From contig NC_068981.1 of the NCBI RefSeq assembly GCF_001194135.2, positions 111,185,617-111,231,938 of the forward strand: DNA of 46,322 nt, in the 5' to 3' direction. The number at the start of each line of letters is the position of its first letter. Positions within the stretch are counted from its first letter, which is position 1. The stretch is from Octopus bimaculoides. Its lineage: Eukaryota. This document shows, piece after piece, positions 11,320-23,379 of the stretch. The notes beneath the pieces were generated by a model. It saw nothing but the letters and a program-made list of their open reading frames with translations, did not search any database and was not told the origin of the DNA. A program made the position numbers and the translations under genes.

Positions 11320-12193
11320 GGTCTGATCAATAAGTATCCGGGCTGTTGGCATAGTAACAAAGCTAAAGCATGCAGAGTGAAGCCACTTGGTACAGATTGA
11401 TCTTGAACTGTACTGTGCAAGCACACTAAGTTTTAACATTCTAGCTCACTTCCACTGTTTACAGCAGTGCTTGGAAGGAAGGTGTGTAGCGTGTGATTGT
11501 CACATTGACCATGGCAGAGAAAGCTGTCATGGCAATACCTGCTCAGAGGCCTACACAAAGTTGCAGAAAGTGTATATAGAGGAGTGTATGAGTCGCACAC
11601 AAGTGTATAAGTGGTTCAGACATTTCCAGGATGGCTGAAAAAATGTCAGTATTGATGAACATTCTGGGAGTCATGCAACAGTAGAACTGAGAAAAACATC
11701 ACAGATGTGCATGCAGCTGTGAGAGTAAATTGTCAAATCACCATCCGTGAGTTATGCAGATTTGTTGTGGTTCAATTCAGTCCATTATCACTGAAGATTT
11801 GTGTATGAGATGTTTGTCTGCCAAGTTTGTGCTAAAACTGCTTTCAGCTGACCAAAAAGATACTTGGGTTTCAGTTGTACAAGAAATCTGCGTCAAGAAT
11901 GATGAAAAGTTTTTGGAAACTTTGCATAGGCCTCTTAGCAGGTATCACCAAGCTTTTGGCAAAATTTGATGCAGATTCTCTGCTCAACTTTCTCTGTCAT
12001 TGTCAATGTGATGACCACACACTACACACCTTCCTTCTAAGCACAGGTGTAAACAGCAGAAGTGAGCTAGAATGTTAAACTTAGTGCACATGCAAAGCAG
12101 TGTTCAAGTTCAAGCTGTGCCAAGCAGCTTGACTCTCTATGCTTTAGCTTTGTTATTATAGCAACAGTCTGAATATTTATTGATCAGACCACA
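11320..12193 (+). mobile_element. Internally deleted mariner element
   Basis: TIRs GGTCTGATCAATAAGTATCCGG and CTGAATATTTATTGATCAGACC. N-terminal HTH remnant EAYTKLQKVYIEECMSRTQVYKWFRHFQDG and SAKFVLKLLSADQK; catalytic domain absent. Confidence 0.88.
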
Positions 12194-12226
<33 letters not shown>

Positions 12227-12230
<4 letters not shown>

Positions 12231-14390
12231 ACCAAGAGAAGAAACGCCTCAAACTTAAATTCCTGTGGCTTTGTACCAAACACTGCCACAACAACAACTC
12301 GGCCTGTTACACTGACGCAGATGAACAGGACACTTCCACCAAGCAAGATAACCCTGGGACACCAGCACACCCTCAACAACGAAACTCCTAGTCACTAACT
12401 TGAGTGAGTCCCTCTCCCATGAAGAACTAGAACTCACGGCCAAACGACAAAATCTTACTTGACCTGGAAGCCAACTTTTGCCAAACAGCCTACCAATTCA
12501 AATGGCTACTGGTAATAAAGAGCAACAACAACACACTCGACAAATTTCCCAAGTACCAGCTAGACCACCCACCTCAAACCAACTGCCTGGACTGACATTT
12601 GTAGATGGAGACAACTACATAACAAATACAAGACCATCTTCATCACAAAGAACAGTAGATTATCTAGATTCTACCACCTCATTAAAACACACAAGAATAG
12701 TGACAAGATCCAGACTAGACCCATCATCTCCAGCATAGAAGGACCTCTATATAAAATATCCTGGCTCCATTCCCATGTCCTGAAACCTGTACTCTCCACT
12801 TTTTCTGGACATGTCAAGAACTCCGACGAAGTCATCAAATGACTGCGGCAACTGCCCCCAGACCAACTCAGACAAAACAGATATGCCTTTAGTCTTGATG
12901 TTGTCTCAATGTACACAACGGTACCAGCACACTCGGAAGTCAACCTATTGACTGACTGCATAGTAGCATCCAACATCCACTACTTTGGACTCACTGCAGC
13001 TGATATATATCAACTATTGTCCCTCATCCTGAACAACACCTACTTCTCTTTCTATGATCACACACACAGGCAGACAACAGGTCTCCCCACGGGATCTAGT
13101 CTCTCGGGCCTATTGGCCATCACTTATATAAACCATCTGGAACATCAAGCACTCAACATCTGTCACTTATGTGCCTTCTTCACCAGGTATGTAGATGACA
13201 TCCTCATACTCACATCCTCCTGTGACGAGGTCGACAGAATATTCATGACATGCAACAACATGGACATGAATATACAGTTTACTATAGAACATCCCGACGA
13301 CAATGGATTCTTATCACTGCTTGACTTCCAAATGAAAATAGCAGAAGAAGGAGAGATCCACACCAAGTTCTACAGGAAAGCAGCCAGTAGAGATATGTTT
13401 GTTTACTACAATTCAGCCCTTCCACTCAGTGCCAAAATAGGATACCCCGGAAGTGAACTTACACGCATCCAGAGCAAGTGCAGTAGAGCAGAGGACAAGG
13501 TGACCCACACCACACACTTCCTAGAGGTATTGAAAACCAATGGGTACCCTATATCCATTGTGGATCAGCTTAAGTACCTCAGACAGCAAACACGCCAAAC
13601 ACACAGAAAACCCAGTAACACATGCTTCCTTAAAATACCCCATTTTAGTGAGAGGATAACTACAGCCATAAGAAGAGAAGGATTAGACATACAAATACCC
13701 ACTCTGGCCCCTCTCTGAGAAGACACCTAGCAAGGAAACGAGCAAAGGACAGCAATCAATACACACTAGCTAACTGCCCCATCCGTGACACAGATTTATG
13801 CCAATAGGTAAATGTTGTATATCGTATCCAATGTAACAAATGCAACAATTTCTATGTGGGTAGCACAACAAGACTGTTACACATTAGTATCAAAGAACAT
13901 CTAAACAGGCAAGCCTCCTCTTTCAGAAAACATCTAGGCAGATGCTGGAACACTGACAAAAACATAACAGTCACAATTGAAGCCAATGACAGAAATTTAG
14001 GAAATTTGAAAATTAAGGAGGCTATCCTCATAGACAGACTAGGGCCCCAAATTAACAACTGGTTGGAAATTAACACTCACTGTATTATTTAACAACATCC
14101 ACACACTGCACACACGATAGTGACATGCTCATGTAACAAAGCATTATATAAAAAAAAAATGCACATATAATACATAACTTGGAAGCAGCATTACAGATAT
14201 GCCAACACACAGGACCACCCTGACGCACTTCTTATGAGGAATTCCAGAAAGAACTTCGTGAGGCCACTACAGGAACACTTCTGACAGATTTCAGTAACCA
14301 TTAGAAAACCGACTGTAGCAGTGGCTCCTTTACTTCCTAGCAATTGCTGAAGAAGGGATTTTTATATTCCAAAATATTATATTAGACTAT
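12227..14390 (+). mobile_element. Penelope-like element, near-complete RT + GIY-YIG, disrupted
   Basis: FSLDVVSMYTTVP, QTTGLPTGSSLSG, FFTRYVDDIL, FTIEHPDDNGFLSLLDF, then VVYRIQCNKCNNFYVGSTTRLLHISIKEH. Several stops and frameshifts. Confidence 0.93.
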
Positions 14391-14479
14391 GAATAATTAA
14401 ATTATTTATAACAGTTATTATAGTTACTCTGCATTGTTGTGCTATTCCAGACACATTACATTTCACATATGTTTATATA

Positions 14480-14514
<35 letters not shown>

Positions 14515-14612
14515 TGATAGAAAAGGTAAGACAACAAAAGAAAGAGACCTTAATATTATATAAATAGAGGAATTTATCTGTAAATAATATGTGACAATTA
14601 TTCAGTAGCCAT

Positions 14613-14673
14613 GATAAAACTCCAAGTTTTGGATGTCGGGGCAGAAACCCATGCCGCCATCTCTTCAGTTATC
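14613..14673 (-). ncRNA. Decayed hammerhead ribozyme motif in PLE terminal repeat
   Basis: Minus strand: GATAA-CTGAAGA-GATG...CATC-C-AAAA-CTTGGAG-TT-TTATC. Stem I GATAA/TTATC is perfect, but the catalytic GAAA reads AAAA (consistent with CpG decay). Confidence 0.55.
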
Positions 14674-16145
14674 TGGCTGTCGAAAATGCTATGAAAATGA
14701 CCGTTAAACAAAGGGAAATTAGTTTGATTGACCGTTATTAAGAAAAAAGAGCTGTTAGAACGACCACTAATGACAGTCCATACATACACATGCGCGCCTG
14801 CACACCCACGTACATGTGCCTATATGTGTATACTCATCCACCCTTACTTGAAATACACACATGCTCACCCACACATTTGCCAAGAAAAATATATATATAT
14901 AACCGCATACATGCTCACACACACACACGCGCGCGCGCAACATGCTCGCACACATACACACGCGTGCTAAAAAAGGTTCAAGGGCTAAAGGTAAAATACA
15001 GAAAAAAGTGTAAAAAAGTCACAAGGGTAAACCATGTCTATATACGCACATTCTCGCATGCACACACGCACACACGTCTATATACACACATACCTGCACA
15101 CATCCACAAGCACGCACAAAAAGTTCCATTTACACGTCTATATACGCAGAGGAAAAAAGCAGGGTGGAAGGTAGAATACAGAAAAAATATGTGTAAAAAA
15201 TATATGAGCAGTAAACCTATAAACCAATATCTCTATGAATATGTAAAAAAAGAAATATAAGTAAAAAGTATAGAGATAAAAAGCTTGTACATAGACGCAA
15301 TATAGAAAGCAAGTCCTATCAGTAGTCTCGGGGGGACCAAAAGCGTAACAAATATTTAGCCACATGTAGACATGATCCGAAAAGTTCAGTTCTTGAATTT
15401 AGACATGTGGCAGGGTCTAAGCTACCTTTCCAGATGAGTCATCTTTCCATAACACAAAGACCGCACTTTCCACTGCCGTTTGTGTAGGGTTTACACTTGG
15501 CTAAGATCTTCCAATGGATGTTGTAACTGACACCTTTATCTTTTAAAGACCATATATGACTGGATAATTTGGTTGTTTTCCTTTTATCCCAGTGCTTGAA
15601 GCTCAAGGTGTGATTATTGAACCTGGCCTTGAAATTACCCTCTGTGAGGTCCACGTATTTCTTCATCGAAACTGTGTCCTTAGTAGATATAGAGCCCACG
15701 GTGGCTTCATAAATGATGGTTTTGGACATGCAAGCTCCATTTAGCGGGCACAAATTTTTATCCCTGCATGAACAGCTCGTTTCATATTGTGGTTTTTGTG
15801 TGTTGTGTGCGATTATATTTTAAAAATTAGTAGTTGAGCTGAAACTGATTTTTAAGTTATGTCTATTGAAGATCTTTCTGTAACTATGGTTGACTGGAAA
15901 ATGTCTATCTATCAGTGCTAAGAAATACTTGCCTATATTAAAGGTCACTTTGGGTGAGTAGGGTGGGGGGTAAACCAGATAGTTTTCCTATTTCTATGTT
16001 TCCTTTTCTTTATTACTGGACTGGTGGCAGGTGTATAGGTTATTTCCTCGCTAAAACCACTATCTTTTAGAGGCTTATTATATACTGGGGCAACACTATT
16101 AAAAATGTCCCTATCGGAGGAGAGGCTAGAAATTCTTTTGCTAAT

Positions 16146-16566
16146 AGGCGTAGGAGTGGCTGTGTGGTAAGTAGCTTGCTTACCAACCACATGGTTCCGG
16201 GTTCAGTCCCACTGCGTGGCACCTTGGGCAAGTGTCTTCTACTATAGCCTCGGGCCAACCAAAGCCTTGTGAGTGGATTTGGTAGACGGAAACTGAAAGA
16301 AGCTCGTCGTATATATGTATATATATATATGTATGTGTGTGTATATGTTTGTGTGTCTGTGTTTGTCCCCCCAACATCACTTGACAACCGATGCTGGTGT
16401 GTTTACATCCCCGTAACGTAGCGGTTTGGCAAAAGAGACCGATAGAATAAATACTAGGCTTACAAAGAATAAGTCCTGGGGTCGATTTGCTCGACTAAAG
16501 GCAGTGCTCCAGCATGGCCACAGTCAAATGACTGAAACAAATAAAAGAGTAAAAGAGAGTAAAGAG
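16146..16566 (+). mobile_element. Full-length tRNA-derived SINE nested in a PLE
   Basis: Starts AGGCGTAGGAGTGGCTGTGTGGTAAG; A-rich AAAAGAGT tail. TAAT is present on both sides (16142-16145 and 16567-16570). Confidence 0.9.
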
Positions 16567-17134
16567 TAATGTTTTTAAATAAATTTTTAAATATTGTGGG
16601 AGGATGGCAGAAACCCACATTGATATAACTAAGTCTATCGTTGGGCTTCCTATAAGGTTTATAAATATTCTTATTTAGATCTAAGGATACATCTAGGAAA
16701 TTGGGTGAGCATGTGTGTGTTTCAAGTGAGGGTGGATGAGTATATACATATAGGCACATGTACATGGGTGTGTGGGTGGACATGTGTATGTATGGACTGT
16801 CATTAGATAAATTTCTCTATTTATATATATATACACAAATACATAAATATACCATAACGTATATACACATATAGATATATTGAAAATTGTCTGGTGTATT
16901 GAATATTAAAATAGAAAATTGTACAATAAATTAATATAATATAATTAAGTGTAATATAAATACATAAATTTTAAATATATATATATAATTTAAAATTTAG
17001 ATATGCAAGTGAGCAAAAATTTAACCTTGGCAAAATTTAAATTCAGATTTTCAAAACAGTCAAAGGCTTTCTTAAAAGTCAAATGTAAAATATGAAGGCA
17101 AAATATGTACCAGCATTGTAATACTAAAAGATGT

Positions 17135-19520
17135 TTATATTTTAGGTGTAGAAGCTAAATTCAAATGCGAAAGTGAAAAAAGTACCCATACGGTACTTTT
17201 CCAGCTGACATACCTGCAAAAATTTAAAAGCTCTTGTTTTTGGTTTAGTGCATGTTTATCCTGGAACAGGATGAAGAGTTTTTCAGAGATGTAGAGATTA
17301 CATCTCACTGGTCGTCTGTATGCTCTATGTTTATATGGTACTGTTTTCCCCAAAATTGTTCAGCTGATATTGAAAGGATGGATATTATTTTCCTTCAATC
17401 GGGGTATCAAAAAGAATTTCAGTGGAAATAAAACTTAGTCTTGAAGGAATTTTCCAAAGTTCCTGTGTATGTTTTATATTCTTGTGAGCCATCTATTTGT
17501 ACTTAAGCTCTATAAACTATTCCTTTATCAAGACATTTTCCTTCTAATGGACAGTAACTCTTATTTTTGAAATTGCAATTCTTCTGGTTAAATTCAGCAC
17601 TATGGTTGCTTCTAAAGAGGCAAACTTTTTGCAACAAGAACAGCTAACCTTCAGCATTCTCCTATTAAAAATTCTATAGAACTTATAGTTAGTTTGAAAA
17701 TGCTTAGAAACTAGTTTTAAGAATTCCCTACCTATATTTGTTTTTACGGCAATGTTAAATGTCAGATTAAATCACAAAACTTTCCTAATTCTAGTTCTAC
17801 ATGTTCTGTTATTGCTAGAAATAGTTTGACTATATTGGATCTTCTCTGAGAATCCACTGTTCCTTAGGGCATTATTATAACACAGTGCAGCATGTCGAAA
17901 TGCTGTCTCATCTGAAGATATGTATGATATGCACCTTACTAGCTAGATTCTTAAGAAGTATGGGTGGATGATTTGATTCTTTGTTAATATAAAATAGCTT
18001 TTCATTGGGCTTATGGTAGGGTTTAAATTTATCTAATTGCAAATCTAAGTTAATATCTAAAAAAATCTACATTATTAAGGTTACTTTCTATTGTTATCTG
18101 TAAGTCCATTCTTTGGAGGAAAGTAATAAAATTCTTCCTAAGTCTAACTCATGGCTGTTTAAATCATGGGTGACTATAAGATCATCATCCCTGTATAATC
18201 CTGCATCTATAAAAGGGAATTCCAGATGCAGTTTATGCAAAATATAATCTCCTATAAGCATACATAACTCCACTCCATCATATGCCTCCATTGGTACATC
18301 AAATAAAGAGTCCTTGCCCTTTTTAACCCAGGTGGAATCATTATAAAAAAGGAGGGATTTCCTTACATCCAGGATAATATCTAAATCCGAGTTATCAGTG
18401 GTGACATATTGCTTGGTAAAGTAAAGGCCTGGATATTGAAAGGTAAATATTGACAATATCAAACTGCATTAATTTGCAATTGTGTTTATGGCTAATTCCT
18501 TTGAACCAATCTATCACTGACTTACTATTTCCCCAAATCCGTAAATTTACTGTAATTCTCTACTTAACTTGTTTAAAATAGAATCTAAAATATTTTTGCT
18601 CATAATGCCTATTTCAGTTTTAGCTGGGTTAATTAGTCTACATTTAGGGTTTCTATTGAAATTAGCTTTGTGGTCCTTAAGGGTAATAAAGGGTTGGCAT
18701 GGGGGGAGGTATTCTATCCTATCACTAACTTTAGGATTGTTAGCAATTCTTCGTACTTCTATGTTCACCTCTTTATATAAATTTGTGTTATCTTATTTGT
18801 AGGTGTCTGTAATGCTATTCAAGACATTTGTAAAGATCTTTTTCAACCGCAAATAAGTTTTTTGTTTTATTGGAGTTTATGAAAATCTTATCTGAGTTCT
18901 TCATATTTCTAATTTTTTTCTTTCATATCTCTCTGGAGCGGATTGTTGAATTTACAGAATTTTATTCTTATATTAAACTTGGAAAGGTCTTTTTCAAAAG
19001 CTTCTAATTTCAAAATGGGTGGTGAGTTTTTACAAGATTTAAGGCCATATTTGTTTCCCTTTCATGTCAAAGAAGTAAGCTTTCCCTCTCATTCTTCAGA
19101 TAAAATCTTCTGTTTTTTCAATAAGACTTTTGTGGTATTGCTTCTGCACTGGAATAGGTATGTTTTTTAGAGAAAAATCCAATGTGTAGAGTTTCATTTC
19201 TTTCAGCTAGTTCTTCTTCCTACTTGTGGAGAGTCACTCAAACTTTCTTAAAAAGGAGCAGATTATACCAGAGTAAGCACATAAATGTGAAACAAGGTGG
19301 AAAAAATAGTACTTGAATATCAGAGGTAGAGTATTATGGTTTATTAATAAAGCTGCGAAAATATCACAAACACTGTTACTCAGAGTTTCACATGCCTGTT
19401 CATCAGACAGTTTTGGTTGAGAATGGAACAAAAATAAGGTTATATGTATAAATATACAATTACGTTGATAGATACACGTTTGAAATTGGTTTTGTTTCAT
19501 TGGTCCTTTTAACTAATGGT
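17135..19520 (-). mobile_element. Penelope-like element, degraded, with upstream terminal repeat
   Basis: PFITLKDHKANFNRNPKCRLINPAKTEIG, LFDVPMEAYDGVELC, GLYRDDDL, CNLYISEKLFIL...LNQKQEL. Hammerhead at 19372-19411 lies upstream of the ORF. Confidence 0.88.
19372..19411 (-). ncRNA. Minimal type I hammerhead ribozyme motif
   Basis: Minus strand: ACTGT-CTGATGA-ACA-GGCA-TGT-GAAA-CTCTGAG-TA-ACAGT. Confidence 0.82.
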
Positions 19521-19779
19521 CTTTTCAATAACCAGTTATATGAAATTAAAATTACGATTTAAAATCATATTATTTAAAATTGAAGAAAACCTTAAATCAA
19601 AAATTAGTTTTAGAAGAAGGAAAAAAACCTGTATACCCAGGGTAAATTAATTAATGGTAAAATAAATTTAAATTAATTAAAAAGATATGTCTGTTTAAAA
19701 TAAAAACATTTACAAAGAACTAACATCATAAAAATACATATACATACATTTAGTTATACATATCAACCGATTTTTTAAA

Positions 19780-20050
19780 AAGCGATATTGAAATCACATT
19801 GTCAGTTACAACAGTGTTGATAAAATGCATTCAACATCATTAGCTGACCTTATATGGAAATTAAAAGCGGATAGGGTAAAATATACTTTAAATTGGTCAG
19901 TAATGAAGCATGCACATCTCTATGGTGCCCTCACCAGGAAGTGCAGATTATGCTCAGAAGAAAAACTACGTATATTGTTGAGCAATGAAAGAGTTATTAA
20001 TAAATTCTTGGAAGAGTAATAAAATGCAAACACAAAATGAAATTCACCTT
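19780..20050 (+). mobile_element. PLE GIY-YIG C-terminal fragment
   Basis: HSTSLADLIWKLK...YTLNWSVMKHAHLY...KCRLCSEEKLRIL matches the pattern seen in 15439-15753. Confidence 0.7.
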
Positions 20051-20799
20051 TTCACAATATAATAATTAATTAATTATGGATTACTTAGATTAATAGCCAG
20101 CTAACTCAATCTTTCCTTCAGTGGATATACTCTTGTTTAAATGTTAGGTGTACACACTGTGAAGTTATTTTCTGGACTTACTGTGTTTTTTGATGTTGAT
20201 TCCAAAATGGCCATGAATTTAGCTTAATTGTTTGCAGACTTACATGTACATACAACTGTCAAAAAATATTTATTACTGAATTATGAACAGATTATTAACA
20301 GATGCTCCATAAGACAGAATATATGCACAATTAGACTGAAGTGCATTATTAACTATTATTGACTGTGTAATCAATGAACGTATATAGACTGACCATATGC
20401 TTACAGTTTGAGCCTAATGTACTATGTTATTGAAATTATATCTCATTGTGTGAAAACTCACACATCAATTGATCGTTCACCCATTGTTTGAAAGAATATG
20501 TAAGCATGAATATATGAAAGTAGCCAGAGGAAAATGAACAGAGATGTATGAATACTCATATGTATTATTAAAATACACATGTGCATATATGTGTGTGAGT
20601 GTGTATATTTAAAGGTGTATATGTATGTGAGTGTATGCCTCTGTATATATATAAAATGGTTAATGTGCTTGTGTATGGGTGTATGCAACAGTTGCATAGA
20701 TGGCAGTATGTGCCCCTGTGTGTGTGTCTATGGGTACATACCTATAGACTGAGTTTGTGTATATCCATATATATATCTGTCAGTGTGTGCATGTGTGTT

Positions 20800-21130
20800 T
20801 ATGTGCTTCAGAGATTATTACACATTTTGGTCTCATGTTCCAGAAAGTGGGTGGTCAGGAAAATATTCCTCATACTTGTTGCTGTGTTTCTATATTTTGG
20901 GGTTATGACTCCTTCTTCAGGACATTTGGAAATAGTGATGAATGGAAAAGTCATTGCTCAGATGTGTCGGGGAGAATAGAAGAAGGTGACATATGCAGAC
21001 TGGTATTGCTATAACAACTGGTCTGCTTCATGTAGTTCTTTCCTGTTGTTAATCACTGGTCTCAATTTGTTTATAAGGAGGGTGTCCTTGATTTTGGGAT
21101 TGCTCCTGTTGCATTGTGCAGCCCTGATGG
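20800..21130 (-). mobile_element. PLE family A terminal-repeat fragment
   Basis: Nucleotide similarity to 4080-4330. Confidence 0.7.
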
Positions 21131-21806
21131 ATACTTAAAAAAATTTTGTATACTTCTACTTTATTTATATTCAAAAAGGTTTCTCCTACTATGACATCAT
21201 GAACACTTCAAAATTATATCTCCAATTATAAAGTACTTCAAAAATTATTTTAGTAAGTTTAAAATGATTTTTGTACTGTAAACCATTTACCATTTCTGTG
21301 ATAACCACTTCCCTTGATGCCCTAAGCACATACTTATTTTGCTTAATAGTTAATTTAGTGCTGATCATTCTACATTGATCATCTAACATGATTTACTATA
21401 TTTCCTTTAGTTCTTTTGTCATGACTATTAATATTCATACAGCAATGTTCATTTAATAAATTCGTACCAATCCAAATCACACAAAAGCAAGCCTTTAATT
21501 TGTTTAATCAGTAAAACCTGTTGAATTCCATTTTTATCTCTGTCAAATAGTGCACAAACACTACTTCATTCCAATAAAATTGAATGTCTTTTTTCTTGGA
21601 ACCCAGCCATAATAAATATAATTTTTGTAACACATCTGATGTGTATTTTTAAAAGCATTTGAAAATGTTATCTTTATATTCTTAGTATGATATCTAACTA
21701 GGATATAAATCTCACTAGTTAAAGTTCTAAGTTGATAGCCTTCATTAATCAACAATAGGTCCACATAGAAAATTGTATTTACATTTTTTGAAAATTATAT
21801 AAAATA

Positions 21807-21835
21807 CTAGCTGAGATACCCAGCGTTGCCTGAGT
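21807..21835 (-). mobile_element. Helitron 3' terminus (hairpin + CTAG)
   Basis: Minus strand: CTCAG-GCAACG-CTGGG hairpin, 8-nt spacer, CTAG followed by T. Confidence 0.65.
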
Positions 21836-22214
21836 TAATGACTCTCAGACAATTAACAGTAACATCGCAAACCTCTTTTTTTTTCTTCTTTTAAGAATAT
21901 AGTTTGATATCCATATTCCAAACACATGCAAGTTCAATTCTGTAAAAATTTGTACACAAATTCAAATCTTTTGAATCCTTTTTCTATTTCAGTTTAAACT
22001 TACCCTTACCCTAACTCAAAACAGTAATCCTAGATGCTAACACAAAACACTAACGTTAAATGCTAACCCTCAGCTCTTACTTCGTATGTGTATTTCGTGT
22101 GCAAAATTCTTGATGTGGATACGTGTGTTGAAAGAAATACAATTAAACCTTGGGAGAGGCATTATGCCGGTAATAAACACATGCACTGGTTCAGTCCTTT
22201 ATTAATTTATTAAC

Positions 22215-23110
22215 AGTATATACTGTTGTGTTTAGGGAGAGTCATTTTCTTATCGTGCCTTAAAATTTAACACACTCACCGTTAAAATTTCCACTTATTT
22301 TTTTTCCCTAAAATTTTCGTTGCGTCATGCAACCTTTTCAATAGTCTTGACTCTGTCCGTTATTCACGTTGCGTTCTGTTTTTGCTTTTTTTTTTTTTGC
22401 GCATGCGTGTGTGTCAGTGTGTGTCTATGTATGTACGCATGTATGTGTGCATTTGTGTGTATGTATGTCTGTGTGTGTGTGCATATGTATATATGTATGT
22501 ATGTGTATGTATGTATATGTGTATGTATGTGTGTGTTTGCATGTATGTATGTATGTATTCTACATTTGTATGTTTTTTTTGTTTTTTTTATGTATGTGTG
22601 TGCATGTGTGTATATGTATGTATGTACCTCTGTCTCCTTGTGTGTGCATGTCTGAGTGTGTGTGTGTGTGCTTTGCTGCTATGTACCATGTTTGCATGTA
22701 TGGGTGCACATCTTCATATGTGTGGGCAAATGTGTGTGTATATGTGGTCATGTGTTTCAGTCTCTATTTGCATAATGTGGTTGTCTGTTCATATACCCTA
22801 TGTATCTACCCATACATACATGTGCATGCACACACACACACACCCACACTCACAGACATACATACATCTATCTGCATAAAAGCCCATCAACTGTTCTACT
22901 TTACCTGTGTAAAATGTGGGTAAAAAAAAAAGAAAAGCAAAAACAGAACGCAACATGAATAACGGACAGAGTCAAGACTACTGAAAAGGTTGCAAGACGC
23001 AACAAAAATTTTAGGAAAAAAAAATAATAAGTGGAAATTTTAATGGTGAGTGTGTTAAATTTTAAGGCACGATAAGAAAATGACTCTCCCCAGACACAAC
23101 AGAATATACT
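22215..23110. mobile_element. MITE/foldback element with about 180-bp TIRs around a TG/TATG microsatellite core
   Basis: 22215-22398 is the reverse complement of 22922-23110 (CTGTTGTGTTTAGGGAGAGTCATTTTC... and ...GAAAATGACTCTCCCCAGACACAACAG). Confidence 0.8.
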
Positions 23111-23379
23111 TCAACACACAAAATCACATAAAAAATCTTGCAAACCAAATCCATAAACAGTATATAGTTTTTTGTTAAATAATTTCATTGCACTCTTGCA
23201 ATCTCTTCAGTAACTTGTCTTTCCACTTCCATTTATTTTGAATGTATGATTTGGCGTTGTTTTGAAACTGTTCGGTATGAGCATGTGAGTGTGTGTAAGC
23301 TCGTATGTGTGCATGCTCATATGTGTGCATGCACTTATGTGTTCGTGCTTATATGTAAGTATGTGCGTCTATATGTGTG

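Larger units (their letters stand above)
14520..16826 (-). mobile_element. 5'-truncated Penelope-like element with long 3' terminal repeat and inverted 5' repeat fragment
   Basis: NFLDVSLDL...PYRKPND...HPPTIF, KRKHRNRKTIWF, CPLNGACMSKTIIYEATV...YVDLTEGNFKARFNNH...CGLC. 16702-16806 is the reverse complement of 14767-14871. Confidence 0.9.

Noticed and set aside
14225-14335. Two further hammerhead-like remnants (CTTATGA-GG-AATT-CC-AGAAA; CTGACAG...GAAAACCGACTGTA)
   Set aside because: The cores are too mutated to call without a family consensus; not counted.
16146-16225. tRNA gene
   Set aside because: It is the tRNA-derived head of a SINE; no complete cloverleaf.
22320-22923. Cys/Val/Tyr-rich ORFs (CVCVYMY..., YIYIYI...) here and throughout
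   Set aside because: Translations of (TG)n and (TA)n microsatellites.
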